DNA of 64,000 nucleotides, from NCBI GenBank assembly GCA_964392455.1, contig CAYMPG010000003.1, forward strand, positions 802-64,801, given 5' to 3'. Shown piece after piece: positions 17,837-28,437 of this stretch (within the stretch, counting starts at the first letter, position 1; the number at the start of each line of letters is the position of its first letter). Below the pieces are notes generated by a model that was not told the DNA's origin, did not search any database, and saw nothing but the letters and a program-made list of their open reading frames with translations. A program made the translations under genes and the position numbers. This DNA is from an uncultured Clostridium sp. GTDB lineage: Bacteria; Bacillota; Clostridia; Christensenellales; CAG-138.

Positions 17837-18591
17837 TGATACACTTTGTGGGAGCAGGCAGCGGAGCCCCGGATCTTATCACGCTGCGTGGCGCAAAGCT
17901 TGTGAGCCAGGCTGACGTTATAATATACGCAGGGTCTCTGGTGAATCCGGAGCTGCTGACCATGGCAAAAAAGGATGCCGAAATACACAACAGCGCCCTT
18001 ATGACGCTGGATGAAATAATCGCCAAAATGGAGCAGGCCGAAGCACGTGGGCTTACCACAGTGCGGCTTCATACGGGCGACCCTTGCCTCTATGGTGCCA
18101 TACGTGAGCAGATGGACAGGCTGGATGAGCTTGGCATACCATACGATATTTGCCCCGGAGTATCCAGCTTTTGCGGGGCGGCTGCAACACTTCGGGCCGA
18201 ATATACCCTGCCCGGCGTAAGCCAGAGCGTGATAATAACCCGCATGCCCGGAAAAACCCCCGTGCCTGAGCGGGAAAGCATGGCTTCCCTTGCAGCCCAC
18301 AGCTCCACCATGGTGATATTTTTAAGCACCGGCCTTCTCCATGAGCTTTCTGCCGAGCTTATAAAGGGCGGCTATGATCCCTGCACCCCTGCCGCCATAG
18401 TGTACAAGGCCACCTGGCCGGAAGAAAAAGTCATACGCTGCACGGTAGCTTCCCTTGAAGCTGCCTCAAAGGAAAACGGCATAACCAAAACGGCCCTCGT
18501 GGTCGTAGGGGGCTGCCTTGGTGATAATTATGACCTTTCCCGCCTGTATGCGGCTGACTTTTCCACGGAATTCAGGCAGGCCAAGGTATGA
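17836..18591 (+). CDS. cbiF: Cobalt-precorrin-4 C11-methyltransferase CbiF
   Basis: 'MIHFVGAGSGAPDLITLRGAKLVSQADVIIYAGSLV' is the CbiF/CobM signature. The start overlaps the cbiD stop (TAATG). Confidence 0.9.
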   Translation: MIHFVGAGSGAPDLITLRGAKLVSQADVIIYAGSLVNPELLTMAKKDAEIHNSALMTLDEIIAKMEQAEARGLTTVRLHTGDPCLYGAIREQMDRLDELGIPYDICPGVSSFCGAAATLRAEYTLPGVSQSVIITRMPGKTPVPERESMASLAAHSSTMVIFLSTGLLHELSAELIKGGYDPCTPAAIVYKATWPEEKVIRCTVASLEAASKENGITKTALVVVGGCLGDNYDLSRLYAADFSTEFRQAKV

Positions 18592-19583
18592 AGATAGCTG
18601 CAATAGCCTTCACAGAGCGTGGTATGCAGCTTGGCAGGCAGCTATGCGCCGCCACGAATGAAGTAACCCTTGAGCGGTGCGGGAATGGTATGCTTTCAGG
18701 CTGGACAGAGGCCGCCTTTCAGTCTGCCGATGCAATATTGTTCATAGGTGCCGCGGGCATAGCAGTTCGTGCCATAGCCCCTTTTATAAAGAGCAAAGCT
18801 GCCGATCCGGCAGTTATAGTTATTGATGAAGCCGGGCGGTACGCTATCCCCCTCCTCTCAGGCCATATTGGCGGGGCAAATGACCTTGCCATACGCCTTG
18901 GAGGGCTTATGGGGGCGCAGCCCGTTATTACCACTGCCACCGATATAAATCACACTTTTGCAATAGACACCTGGGCCAAAAAGCAGGGCCTTATCATAGC
19001 CGAGCCGGAGCGCATAAAAAACGTATCCTCAAGGCTCCTCTCAGGCGACAGCATAGGCATACATTCAGCTTATCCCATACACGGCGCTCCTCCCGAGGGC
19101 GTATCGCTGCAAAGCCGGCCATGTGATGCTGACGTACTCATCTCGCATCTTGCGGATAGCGGCAGTGCGCTTCACCTTATTCCCCCGGCTGTTACCCTGG
19201 GCATCGGCTGCCGCCTGGGCAGCAGCGCCCATATGATAGAGGAAGCATTTCAGCTTGCCCTGAAGAAGTCCAATTGCCATCAGGCCGCCATTTGCGGCGT
19301 GGCCAGCATAGACATAAAGCAAGACGAGCCTGGCATAAATGAATTCTGCGTAGCCCGTTCTCTGCCCTTTAGCACCTTTTCTGCAAAAGAGCTTGAAAGA
19401 ACTCAGGGTGAATTTACCCCCTCCCCTTTCGTTAAAAGCGTTACCGGGGTGGATAATGTATGCGAGCGGGCGGCTGTGCTGTCATCCGGCGGTAATCTTA
19501 TTATGAGTAAGATGGCCCATAATGGGGTGACCATGGCGCTGGCAATAAAGGAACCATTATTGTATTTTCAGGAGGACGCATGA
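18588..19583 (+). CDS. cbiG: Cobalt-precorrin-5A hydrolase CbiG
   Basis: 331 aa, with 'IAVRAIAPFIKSKAADPAVIVIDEAG..IPLLSGHIGGAN' and a C-terminal 'LGIGCR' module typical of CbiG. Confidence 0.85.
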   Translation: MKIAAIAFTERGMQLGRQLCAATNEVTLERCGNGMLSGWTEAAFQSADAILFIGAAGIAVRAIAPFIKSKAADPAVIVIDEAGRYAIPLLSGHIGGANDLAIRLGGLMGAQPVITTATDINHTFAIDTWAKKQGLIIAEPERIKNVSSRLLSGDSIGIHSAYPIHGAPPEGVSLQSRPCDADVLISHLADSGSALHLIPPAVTLGIGCRLGSSAHMIEEAFQLALKKSNCHQAAICGVASIDIKQDEPGINEFCVARSLPFSTFSAKELERTQGEFTPSPFVKSVTGVDNVCERAAVLSSGGNLIMSKMAHNGVTMALAIKEPLLYFQEDA

Positions 19584-20311
19584 GCAGGCTGTACGTTGTA
19601 GGCATAGGCCCGGGAGAGCCGGGCGGCATGACGGAAAATGCCCGCAGGGCCCTTGCTGTCTCGGATATTATAGTGGGCTACAAAAAATACGTTGAGCTGG
19701 TGCGCCCCATTATGCCGGATAAGGAATATATGGATTCCAATATGCTTCAGGAAGTAGAGCGCTGCAAGGCTGCCCTTTCCCTTGCCCGCTCCGGCAAATG
19801 CGTATCCCTCATATGCAGCGGCGATGCAGGCGTATACGGTATGGCGGGTCTTGTATATGAGCTTTCGGAAGGTGACCGGACGGTAGAAATAACCATCATA
19901 CCGGGAGTTACCGCAGCACTTAGCGGCGCTGCGCTTCTTGGCGCACCCCTTGGGCATGATTTTGCAGTAATAAGCCTATCAGACCTGCTTACCCCATGGG
20001 AGCTGATAGAAAAGCGTCTCAGATGCTCCGCAGAGGCAGGGCTGTGCATATGCCTTTATAACCCTGCCAGCCACAAGCGGCGGGATCATCTGAAAAAAGC
20101 CTGCGATGTGCTGCTTGAGCTCATCAGCGAAGATACACCCTGCGGCATGGCAAAAAATATAGGCCGTGAAGGCGAAAGCTGCCAGCTTATGAGCCTTGCA
20201 GAGCTCAGGGATGCAGAGGCGGATATGTTTACAACGGTATTCATAGGCAATTCCTCCACGCTGAATATTGGCGGCAAGCTTGTTACCCCCAGGGGGTATC
20301 GCAATGTATGA
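19580..20311 (+). CDS. cbiH: Cobalt-precorrin-3B C17-methyltransferase CbiH
   Basis: 'LYVVGIGPGEPGGMTENARRALAVSDIIVGYKKY' and 'SGDAGVYGMAGL' are present. Confidence 0.9.
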   Translation: MSRLYVVGIGPGEPGGMTENARRALAVSDIIVGYKKYVELVRPIMPDKEYMDSNMLQEVERCKAALSLARSGKCVSLICSGDAGVYGMAGLVYELSEGDRTVEITIIPGVTAALSGAALLGAPLGHDFAVISLSDLLTPWELIEKRLRCSAEAGLCICLYNPASHKRRDHLKKACDVLLELISEDTPCGMAKNIGREGESCQLMSLAELRDAEADMFTTVFIGNSSTLNIGGKLVTPRGYRNV

Positions 20312-21056
20312 CGTGATACTCTTTGGCGGTACCACCGAGGGGCGGCTGCTGGGCGAATTCCTGTGCGATAAGGGCATCCCTGCCCTGGTTTGCGTGGCTA
20401 CTGCCTATGGGGACAGCCTGCTTGACCTCAGGCCCCCCGTGGAAATACGCACCGGCCGCATGGATCAGGAGGAAATGCGCCAGCTCTTTCGTAAGGAACG
20501 TCCCCGGCTCGTGCTTGACGCCACCCACCCCTATGCGGACATAGTCAGCAAAAACATACAAGCCGCCTGCTCCCTTGAGGGCTGCCGCTATCAGCGAATA
20601 AGGCGAGAAGCCACCTGTGCAGAGGGCTGCCTGTTTTTTGACACCATGGATGAGCTTGTGGCCTGGCTGAATAAAACCCATGGCGTAATATTCTCCGCCA
20701 TGGGCGCAAAGGAGGCCGCCGCCCTGTGCAGCGTATCCGATTATAAAAGCAGAATATACCTCCGCCTGCTTCCCTCCCCCGAGGGAATAGCCCATTGCCT
20801 TGAGCTTGGATACCCTACAAAGCACCTTTACTGCATGCAGGGGCCATTTTCTGAGGAATTCAATGTGGCCCAGTTCAGGCAGGCAGGGGCCGCAATCCTT
20901 ATCACCAAGGAATCCGGCCTCCATGGAGGCTTTCCTGAAAAGGCCGCTGCCGCCAGAGCCTGCGAAATGCAGATAGCAGTGCTGAAGCGTCCGCTGGATG
21001 CTGACGGCATTTCCCCACAAGCAGCCATGGAACTTTTACAGGAGATATGCCTATGA
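20304..21056 (+). CDS. cbiJ: Cobalt-precorrin-6A reductase CbiJ
   Basis: 'MYDVILFGGTTEGR', 'DATHPYA' and 'ITKESG' are CobK/CbiJ motifs. Confidence 0.85.
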   Translation: MYDVILFGGTTEGRLLGEFLCDKGIPALVCVATAYGDSLLDLRPPVEIRTGRMDQEEMRQLFRKERPRLVLDATHPYADIVSKNIQAACSLEGCRYQRIRREATCAEGCLFFDTMDELVAWLNKTHGVIFSAMGAKEAAALCSVSDYKSRIYLRLLPSPEGIAHCLELGYPTKHLYCMQGPFSEEFNVAQFRQAGAAILITKESGLHGGFPEKAAAARACEMQIAVLKRPLDADGISPQAAMELLQEICL

Positions 21057-22246
21057 AAAAAATATCCATAATAGGCGCAGGCGTGGGCCCTGCTACCATT
21101 ACCCGGGAGGCCGAAGATGCCATACAGGCCGCAGAGGTGCTGCTTGGGGCAAGGCGCATGCTGGATATGTTTTCTATGCCTGATAAGCAGGCCATAGCTG
21201 CATTTTCTCCGGATGAGGTGCGCCGGGCCATTGATGAAAGCTCCGCCTCTCGCTTTGCCATAATAGTTTCGGGGGATACGGGCTTTTACAGCGCAGCAGA
21301 GGGCCTTTGCAGCGCCCTTTGCAGGGATGAGTACCAGCTAAGGGTGCTTCCCGGCATTTCCTCCCTGAGCTGCCTTTTTGCAAGACTGCGGCGGCCCTGG
21401 CAGGATGTCGCACTTATAAGCTGCCACGGGCGGGATACAAACATCGTGGATACCGTGCGAAGAAACCGGCTCACCTTTGCCCTTACCGGCGCAAATGCCA
21501 ATGAACTGGCAAAAAAGCTCACCGATGCAGGCTTTGGCAGCCTTTCTGCAACAGTGGGAGAAAACGTTGGCGCAGATAACGAATGTATATACACCCTCTC
21601 TGTAGCGGAAATGGAGCATACGGCTATAGCTCCCCTGTGCGTTGTGCTGGTGGACAATCCCCGCTTTGACAGCAGGACACCAACAGGCATACCAGACACC
21701 AGCTTTATCCGCAGCGATATACCCATGACCAAGTCCGAGGTACGTGCAGTCATAATGAGCAGGCTGGCCATACACCCCCATGACATCTGCTGGGACATAG
21801 GCTGCGGCACAGGCTCGGTAACTGTGGAAATGGCGCTCTCCGCCTATCGTGGACACGTATACGCCATAGATAAAAATGAGGCCGCAGCAGCACTCACGCA
21901 GGATAACTGCGCCGCATTTCACATTGGCAATGTTACCGTGCAGACCTGCAGCGCACCCTCAGCCCTCAGCAGCCTACCCATGCCGGATGTGGTATTCATA
22001 GGCGGCAGCGGCGGCAGTATGCAGGCTGTGATAAAGCACGTAGCTGCCATAAACCCAAAGGCCCGCATAGCCGTCACAGCCATCGCCCCCGAAAGCCTTT
22101 GCGCTGCCCTTACAGCCCTTGAGGAATGTGGCATAAAGGCAGATGCCGTTCAGGTATCCATAGCAAGGGCTCAGAAAGCAGCAGGGCTGCATATGCTGAT
22201 GGCCCAGAATCCCATATTTGTAATTACCGGAGGCTGCAATGGGTAG
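21047..22246 (+). CDS. cbiET: Fused CbiE/CbiT precorrin-6B C5,15-methyltransferase/decarboxylase
   Basis: The N-terminal tetrapyrrole methylase half has 'ISIIGAGVGP'. The C-terminal SAM-methyltransferase half has 'MTKSEVRAVIMSRL..WDIGCGTGSVTVE'. The start could be 21047 or 21053. Confidence 0.85.
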   Translation: MPMKKISIIGAGVGPATITREAEDAIQAAEVLLGARRMLDMFSMPDKQAIAAFSPDEVRRAIDESSASRFAIIVSGDTGFYSAAEGLCSALCRDEYQLRVLPGISSLSCLFARLRRPWQDVALISCHGRDTNIVDTVRRNRLTFALTGANANELAKKLTDAGFGSLSATVGENVGADNECIYTLSVAEMEHTAIAPLCVVLVDNPRFDSRTPTGIPDTSFIRSDIPMTKSEVRAVIMSRLAIHPHDICWDIGCGTGSVTVEMALSAYRGHVYAIDKNEAAAALTQDNCAAFHIGNVTVQTCSAPSALSSLPMPDVVFIGGSGGSMQAVIKHVAAINPKARIAVTAIAPESLCAALTALEECGIKADAVQVSIARAQKAAGLHMLMAQNPIFVITGGCNG

Positions 22247-23570
22247 AGTGCTTATCGCCGGCACAAATTCCGGCTGCGGCAAGACCACCGTATCAACAGG
22301 GCTCATGTGCGCCCTAAAGGGCCGTGGGCTTAATATTTCTGCCTTTAAGTGCGGCCCGGATTATATCGATCCCATGTTTCACAGGGAGGCCATAGGCATC
22401 CCCTCCTGCAATCTTGATGTCTTCTTTTCATCGGATACCCAGCTTCGCCGTCAGCTCGCAGAAAGCCCCGGGGATATATCCATAATAGAAGGAGTCATGG
22501 GCTACTATGACGGCATCGGCACAGAGGGCCAGGCCAGCACCTATACCATAGCCCGGGCCACAGATACCCCTGCCATACTGGTAGTAAATGCCAGAGGCAT
22601 GTATACCTCCGCAGGGGCAATAATACAGGGCTTTTTAAATTTCAAGAAAAACAGCGGCATACGTGGAGCAGTATTCAATGGCATATCCAAGGGTACTTAT
22701 TCCGGCCTTTATCAGATAGCAAAGGATGCAGGCATTGCCCCGCTGGGCTTCCTGCCCAATTGTGAGGATATTCATATCGGCAGCCGTCATCTTGGGCTGA
22801 TAACCGCCCCTGAGCTTGCCGACCTTCAGGATAAGCTTGCAGCCCTCGGGCGCATGGTAGAGGATAATATCGATATAAGCGGCATACTGTCCATTGCCTC
22901 CACTGCCCCAAATATAGCCACGCAGCCCACATCCATAAGAAATATATCCGATGTTTCCATCGCCGTAGCCAGGGACAGGGCCTTCTGCTTTATGTACGAT
23001 GAAAATCTGCGGCTGCTCAAGGCCCTTGGCGCAAGGATAATACCCTTCAGCCCCCTTGAGGATGCAGCGCTTCCGGAGGGTATAGGCGGGCTGTACCTTT
23101 GCGGCGGATACCCGGAGCTTTATGCAAAGCAGCTCTCCGGCAACAGCTCAATGCTCCATTCAATACGCACTGCCATAAATAGCGGCCTGCCCACCATAGC
23201 AGAATGTGGCGGATACCTTTACCTTCACGACCTGCTGGATGGGCTGCCCATGGCAGGCGTTATCCACGGGAGTGCCTGCCGTGCAGACAGCCTTCAGCGC
23301 TTTGGCTATGCTACCATTACTGCAAGCGGCGATAATCTCCTTTGCAATGGCGGCGATAGCATCCCGGTTCATGAATTTCACTACTATAAAAGCACATTTG
23401 AGGGCAGCGGCTTCATCGCCAAAAAGGCCGGCAATGGCCGGGAATACCCCTGCGTTTACGCCACGGCGTCTCTGTATGCGGGCTTTCCCCACCTTTATCT
23501 GCCGGCAAATCCCCGCTTTGCAGAATCCTTCATAAGAAAGGCAGCCGCATATGCTTCAGGAGCTTATTAA
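22239..23570 (+). CDS. cbiA: Cobyrinate a,c-diamide synthase CbiA
   Basis: 'IAGTNSGCGKTTVSTGLM..FKCGPDYIDP' and a C-terminal glutamine amidotransferase region 'AECGGYLYL' are present. Confidence 0.9.
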   Translation: MGRVLIAGTNSGCGKTTVSTGLMCALKGRGLNISAFKCGPDYIDPMFHREAIGIPSCNLDVFFSSDTQLRRQLAESPGDISIIEGVMGYYDGIGTEGQASTYTIARATDTPAILVVNARGMYTSAGAIIQGFLNFKKNSGIRGAVFNGISKGTYSGLYQIAKDAGIAPLGFLPNCEDIHIGSRHLGLITAPELADLQDKLAALGRMVEDNIDISGILSIASTAPNIATQPTSIRNISDVSIAVARDRAFCFMYDENLRLLKALGARIIPFSPLEDAALPEGIGGLYLCGGYPELYAKQLSGNSSMLHSIRTAINSGLPTIAECGGYLYLHDLLDGLPMAGVIHGSACRADSLQRFGYATITASGDNLLCNGGDSIPVHEFHYYKSTFEGSGFIAKKAGNGREYPCVYATASLYAGFPHLYLPANPRFAESFIRKAAAYASGAY

Positions 23571-24600
23571 TAAAATCCACCCGGCAGACAGTGCCATATA
23601 TGACGACTGCATCGGGGTATTTAACAGCATCGCCAAGCCCATAGGCGGCCTCGGCAGGCTGGAAGGGCTCATAGCCCGCATAGGCGCTGCATCAGGCAGC
23701 ACCCGTATAGACATAGCTGAAAAATGCGTGCTGGTATTCTGCGCGGATAATGGAGTAGCTGCCCAGGGCGTGGCCCAGTGCTCACCCTCCGTTACCGCCT
23801 CCATTGCCCGCATGATGGCAGAGGGAAACTCCAGCGTATGCGTCATGGCAGCGGCGGCAGGGGCTGACATTATCCCTGTAGATATCGGCATAAACGGCCC
23901 TGCGCCCGGACTTATGGACTGTAAGCTCATGCCAGGCACAGGGGATATCTCCACCGGCCCCGCCATGACGGCCCAATGTGCCATGGATGCAATACTTATC
24001 GGCATAAGCCTTGCAGAGCGGCAGAAAAAGGCAGACTATAAGCTGATTGCCACGGGGGAAGCAGGCATAGGCAATACCACCACCGCAGCCGCCATGGCAA
24101 GCCTTTTGCTGCATATACCTCCCGAGCAGGCCGCAGGCCGCGGCGCAGGGCTTTCTGATGAGGGCCTGAAAAGAAAGATAGCGGCCATACGCCGGGCTCT
24201 GGAGGTCAACAGGCCGGATGTTAACGACCCTCTGGATGTGCTCGCAAAGGTCGGCGGGCTGGATATAGCCGCAATGACAGGCGTTTTTCTTGGCGGCGCG
24301 CTGCACCATATACCTGTGGTGATAGATGGAATAATATCCTCCGTTGCAGCGCTGACGGCAGTGCGGCTATGCCCCCATGCAAGGGATTATATGCTGCCCT
24401 CCCACCTGAGCTCAGAGCCTGTGGGGCCGCTGCTCATGGATGAGCTGGGCTTCTCCCCCATGCTCCATGGGGAAATGCACCTTGGGGAGGGCACAGGGGC
24501 AGTTGCCCTTTTCCCGCTGCTGGATATGGCCGCAGCAGTATACCACAGCGGCGCAAGGTTTCACGAAATCTCTCTGGAGGCATACAGCGTAGACCCATGA
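23551..24600 (+). CDS. cobT: Nicotinate-nucleotide--dimethylbenzimidazole phosphoribosyltransferase CobT
   Basis: 'KPIGGLGRLE', 'ADNGV', 'GEAGIGNTT' and 'GEGTGA' motifs are present. Confidence 0.9.
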   Translation: MLQELINKIHPADSAIYDDCIGVFNSIAKPIGGLGRLEGLIARIGAASGSTRIDIAEKCVLVFCADNGVAAQGVAQCSPSVTASIARMMAEGNSSVCVMAAAAGADIIPVDIGINGPAPGLMDCKLMPGTGDISTGPAMTAQCAMDAILIGISLAERQKKADYKLIATGEAGIGNTTTAAAMASLLLHIPPEQAAGRGAGLSDEGLKRKIAAIRRALEVNRPDVNDPLDVLAKVGGLDIAAMTGVFLGGALHHIPVVIDGIISSVAALTAVRLCPHARDYMLPSHLSSEPVGPLLMDELGFSPMLHGEMHLGEGTGAVALFPLLDMAAAVYHSGARFHEISLEAYSVDP

Positions 24601-25115
24601 TGATGCTTATACTGGGCAAAAATGGCAGTGGAAAAAGCCTTTATGCCGAAAACGCCGCCTGCCGCCTTTCTGATGGCGCACTTTACTATATTGCCACCAT
24701 GATACCCTATGGCAGCGAGGGCGCCAATCGCATTGAGCGGCACAGGGCGCAGCGCAGCGGCAAGGGCTTTATTACCATAGAAGCCCCATATGGAGAAGCC
24801 ACAGGCATCTCCGGCACGGTGCTGCTGGAGGATGTATCAAACCTTGCGGCAAACCTGATGTTTGATAAGAAACTGCCCTCCCCCGAAGACCAAGCTGTTG
24901 AGCGGATAAGCAGGCTGAATAGCGTATCTGCTAACCTTATCGCAGTAAGCATCAGCGGCCTCGATGGGCAGGGCTGCTCGGATGAGGATACCTTATCTTA
25001 CATAAGGCTTATGAATAACGTGAATCGTCGGCTTGAACTCATGGCCGATGTGGTAATAGAAATGGCAAGCGGCATTGCCACCATAAAAAAAGGAGGCTCA
25101 TTATGGCCGTATTAA
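24597..25115 (+). CDS. cobU: Adenosylcobinamide kinase/adenosylcobinamide-phosphate guanylyltransferase CobU
   Basis: 172 aa with the P-loop 'ILGKNGSGKSLYAE'. It sits between cobT and cobS. Confidence 0.8.
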   Translation: MMMLILGKNGSGKSLYAENAACRLSDGALYYIATMIPYGSEGANRIERHRAQRSGKGFITIEAPYGEATGISGTVLLEDVSNLAANLMFDKKLPSPEDQAVERISRLNSVSANLIAVSISGLDGQGCSDEDTLSYIRLMNNVNRRLELMADVVIEMASGIATIKKGGSLWPY

Positions 25116-25870
25116 GGGCAATATGCATTGCTTTTTCCACATATTCCGCCATCCCCATGCCACGGGTAGAATGGAGCGGCCAGGGCAGACGCTATGCAAT
25201 CTGCGCCCTGCCATTGGTGGGCATTATAATAGGCATCCTGCTGCTTGTGTGGTATAGAATATGTGCCCTGCTCAATATAGGCCAGGCGTTATTCTCCGCA
25301 GTGGCCTCTGCCCTGCCGCTGATGATAAGCGGCGGCATACATATGGATGGCTTCTGCGATACCGTGGATGCGCTGTCCTCCCATCAATCAAAGGAGCGCA
25401 AGCTGGAAATACTCAAAGATCCCCATACAGGGGCCTTTGCCGTTATATATGCTATCGTATATATGCTAATATGCTTCGGAGCATACACAGAGCTGTATGA
25501 TATGCGCTGCATTTCAGTAATCTGCACAGGGTTTGTGCTTTCCCGCAGCCTGTGCGTGCTTACGGTGCTTACCACCCCAAATGCCCGCAGGGGCGGCATG
25601 CTCTCAGCCCTTACTGAGGACATGGCCCGTGGGCTAATATGGGGGATAACAGCCGTTTTTCTTCTTGGGGCAATGGCCTGCATGGCGGCCCTCTTTCCTG
25701 CCGCTGGCTGTCCCTCCATACTGCTGTGCTGGTGCTGGTTTTTCCTTTACCGGGCCATGACGCTCAGAGAATTTGGCGGGGTGACCGGAGATACCTCAGG
25801 GTTTTTCCTGCAAATATCAGAGGCACTTATACTGCTTGGCTGCGTGGGAGGCAGCGCCGTTTTATCATGA
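25103..25870 (+). CDS. cobS: Adenosylcobinamide-GDP ribazoletransferase CobS
   Basis: A polytopic membrane protein with 'HMDGFCDTVDAL' and 'GGVTGD'. Confidence 0.9.
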   Translation: MAVLRAICIAFSTYSAIPMPRVEWSGQGRRYAICALPLVGIIIGILLLVWYRICALLNIGQALFSAVASALPLMISGGIHMDGFCDTVDALSSHQSKERKLEILKDPHTGAFAVIYAIVYMLICFGAYTELYDMRCISVICTGFVLSRSLCVLTVLTTPNARRGGMLSALTEDMARGLIWGITAVFLLGAMACMAALFPAAGCPSILLCWCWFFLYRAMTLREFGGVTGDTSGFFLQISEALILLGCVGGSAVLS

Positions 25871-26433
25871 AAAGGCTATGGCTAATACGCCACGGGGAAA
25901 CCGATGGCAACAGCAGAAAAAAATACATAGGCATTACAGATGAGCCGCTGAATGACACCGGGCGCAGACAGGCAGCCGCCCTATGCGCCATTGAAGCGGA
26001 TGAGGTTTTCACAAGCCCCCTGATGCGCTGCATTGAAACAGCGCAGCTCGCCTTTCCAAATATGCAGCACAAGATATGCGCTGGCCTTGCCGAATGTAAC
26101 TTTGGCATATTTGAAGGGAAAAGCGCCGATGAGATGGCATCACTGCCTGCCTACAGGCACTGGGTGGATACAGGCTGCCTTGAAGCCATACCCGGCGGCG
26201 AAAGCGTATCCGGCTTTAAGGAGCGGTGCTGCGCTGCCTTCCTTGAGGCGCTGGGCTCATCCTCTGCACGGTGCCCCGCCTTTGTAATACACGGCGGCTG
26301 CATAATGGCCATAATGGAGCGCCTTGAGGGCAGCAGAAGCTTTTATGATTATCACATCGATAACGGCGGCGCTGTCCTTTGTGAATATGACGACCAGGGC
26401 AGGCTCCGCATACTTGGAGGTTTTCCATGGTGA
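25867..26433 (+). CDS. cobC: Alpha-ribazole phosphatase CobC (histidine phosphatase family)
   Basis: 'LWLIRHGETDGN' is the RHG motif. The ATG overlaps the cobS stop (ATGA). The longer ORF from 25639 lies out of context inside cobS. Confidence 0.8.
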   Translation: MKRLWLIRHGETDGNSRKKYIGITDEPLNDTGRRQAAALCAIEADEVFTSPLMRCIETAQLAFPNMQHKICAGLAECNFGIFEGKSADEMASLPAYRHWVDTGCLEAIPGGESVSGFKERCCAAFLEALGSSSARCPAFVIHGGCIMAIMERLEGSRSFYDYHIDNGGAVLCEYDDQGRLRILGGFPW

Positions 26434-27413
26434 TATACTCTGCCGGAGCAATGCTGCTTGGCTTCATTCTGGATATGCTGCTGGGAGACCCCCGTGGTAT
26501 ACCCCATATAGTCATCGCCATGGGCAGGCTGATAGCCCTGCTTGAAAATAAGCTGCGGGCCGCCTTCCCAAAATCGGCAAGGGGCGAGCTTTTATCAGGC
26601 CTTACGTTGGTGCTTATAATGCTGCTTGCATGGAGCGCACTGCCACTGCTGGTATTGTATTCGCTTTACAGAGTCTCGCCATGGGCCGGCGTAATCATGG
26701 AAGGGGTGCTGTGCTGGCAGCTCATAGCGGCAAGGGACCTTAAGGACGAAAGCATGGCCGTATATGAAAGGCTGGCTGCCAATGACCTTTCAGGTGCCCG
26801 CAAGGCAGTTTCCATGATAGTTGGCCGGGATACCATGGCTCTTGATGAGGCGGGCGTTACAAGGGCTGCTGTGGAAACAATAGCCGAAAATACCTCCGAT
26901 GGCGTGATTGCCCCAATGTTCTATATGCTGCTGGGCGGCGGTGTGCTGGGCTGCGTATACAAGGCGGTAAACACCATGGATTCCATGGTGGGGTATAAAA
27001 ACGAAAAGTACCTCTACTTTGGCCGTGCCGCTGCAAGGCTGGATGACGTATTGAATTTTATCCCCGCCCGGCTGTCAGCGGAGCTTATGATACTATCCAG
27101 CCGCATCATCGGCCTTAACAGTAAAAACGCCAGACGAATATACCTTAGGGACAGGCGCAAGCATCCCAGCCCAAACTCTGCCCATACCGAGGCAGTCTGT
27201 GCCGGGGCTCTTGAGGTACGCCTGGCAGGAAACGCATGGTACTTTGGCCAGCTTTACAAAAAGCCGTACATCGGTGATGATATACGTCCTATTGAGCCTG
27301 AGGATATCCCCCGGGCAAACCGGCTCATGCTTACCACGTCTGTGCTTATGCTGCTGCTTTGCCTGGCTGTACGCATTATCATAGCAGGAGGAATGTACTA
27401 TGGAGCGCTATGA
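26427..27413 (+). CDS. cbiB: Adenosylcobinamide-phosphate synthase CbiB
   Basis: A membrane protein with 'LGDPRGIPHIVIAMG' and 'AENTSDGVIAPMFY'. Confidence 0.9.
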   Translation: MVIYSAGAMLLGFILDMLLGDPRGIPHIVIAMGRLIALLENKLRAAFPKSARGELLSGLTLVLIMLLAWSALPLLVLYSLYRVSPWAGVIMEGVLCWQLIAARDLKDESMAVYERLAANDLSGARKAVSMIVGRDTMALDEAGVTRAAVETIAENTSDGVIAPMFYMLLGGGVLGCVYKAVNTMDSMVGYKNEKYLYFGRAAARLDDVLNFIPARLSAELMILSSRIIGLNSKNARRIYLRDRRKHPSPNSAHTEAVCAGALEVRLAGNAWYFGQLYKKPYIGDDIRPIEPEDIPRANRLMLTTSVLMLLLCLAVRIIIAGGMYYGAL

Positions 27414-28437
27414 CCATGGCGGGAACAGGTTTTCCTGTGAAAACATACGGCTGGATTTTTCCGTAAGCCTCAACCCTCTGGGTATGCCTCCAGAAGTAAA
27501 GGAAGCAGTATCCTCCGCCATTGCAGAATATGAAACATATCCCGATACCCGCTGCCGTAGGCTGTGCAGTGCCATTGCCGCCCGGGATGGGGTGCAGCCT
27601 GACGACGTGCTGTGTGGAAACGGCGCATCGGAGCTAATATACCGCCTGTGCCTTGTAACACAGCCCAAGACCACCCTGCTGCTGGCCCCCACCTTCTCGG
27701 AATACGAGCGGGCGGCGCTGCTATATGGCAGCAGCATACGCTATCACTATCTGGATGAATACAATGGGTTTGCCCTCACTGAAAGCATACTTAAGGACAT
27801 TACCCCTGAGATAGACCTTTTTTTCCTGTGCAATCCCAACAACCCCACAGGCCAGCTTGTGGATATAAACCTTATGGAGGCCATCGCCCACCGATGCCAC
27901 GCCACCGGTACACAGCTAATGGTGGATGAATGCTTCCTTTCCCTCACAGAGGGCACCTCCTGCCGGGCGCTGCTGGATAAATACCACAATATGCTGCTGC
28001 TGGATGCCTTCACCAAGAGATATGCCATGGCCGGGCTAAGGCTCGGGTATGGCGTTTCAAAGAATCATGCCCTCATGGAAAAGCTTGCAGATGCCGGGCC
28101 ATGCTGGAATGTATCAGCAGCGGCACAGGCCGCCGGGCTTGCCGCCCTTGAATGCGGCGAATATGAGCAGCAGGCAAAGGCCCTTCTCAGCTCTGAGCGC
28201 AGCTTTCTTACCGGCGCACTGAAGGAGCTGGGGCTAAAGGTATACCCCTCTCAGGCAAACTATCTGCTGTTTTCCTGTGAAAAGGAGCTTAAGGAGCCGC
28301 TGATGAGCAAAGGGATGCTCATACGCTCCTGCGAAAACTTTGAGGGGCTGGATCGGCGCTATTACCGGGTATGCATAATGAAGCATCAGTACAATTGCGA
28401 GCTTGTCGCAGCACTCAGGGAGGTACTTAATGGCTAA
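27400..28437 (+). CDS. cobD: Threonine-phosphate decarboxylase CobD (class I/II aminotransferase fold)
   Basis: 'DFSVSLNPLGMP', 'NPNNPTG' and 'FTKRYAMAGLRLGY' (PLP lysine context) are present. Confidence 0.85.
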   Translation: MERYDHGGNRFSCENIRLDFSVSLNPLGMPPEVKEAVSSAIAEYETYPDTRCRRLCSAIAARDGVQPDDVLCGNGASELIYRLCLVTQPKTTLLLAPTFSEYERAALLYGSSIRYHYLDEYNGFALTESILKDITPEIDLFFLCNPNNPTGQLVDINLMEAIAHRCHATGTQLMVDECFLSLTEGTSCRALLDKYHNMLLLDAFTKRYAMAGLRLGYGVSKNHALMEKLADAGPCWNVSAAAQAAGLAALECGEYEQQAKALLSSERSFLTGALKELGLKVYPSQANYLLFSCEKELKEPLMSKGMLIRSCENFEGLDRRYYRVCIMKHQYNCELVAALREVLNG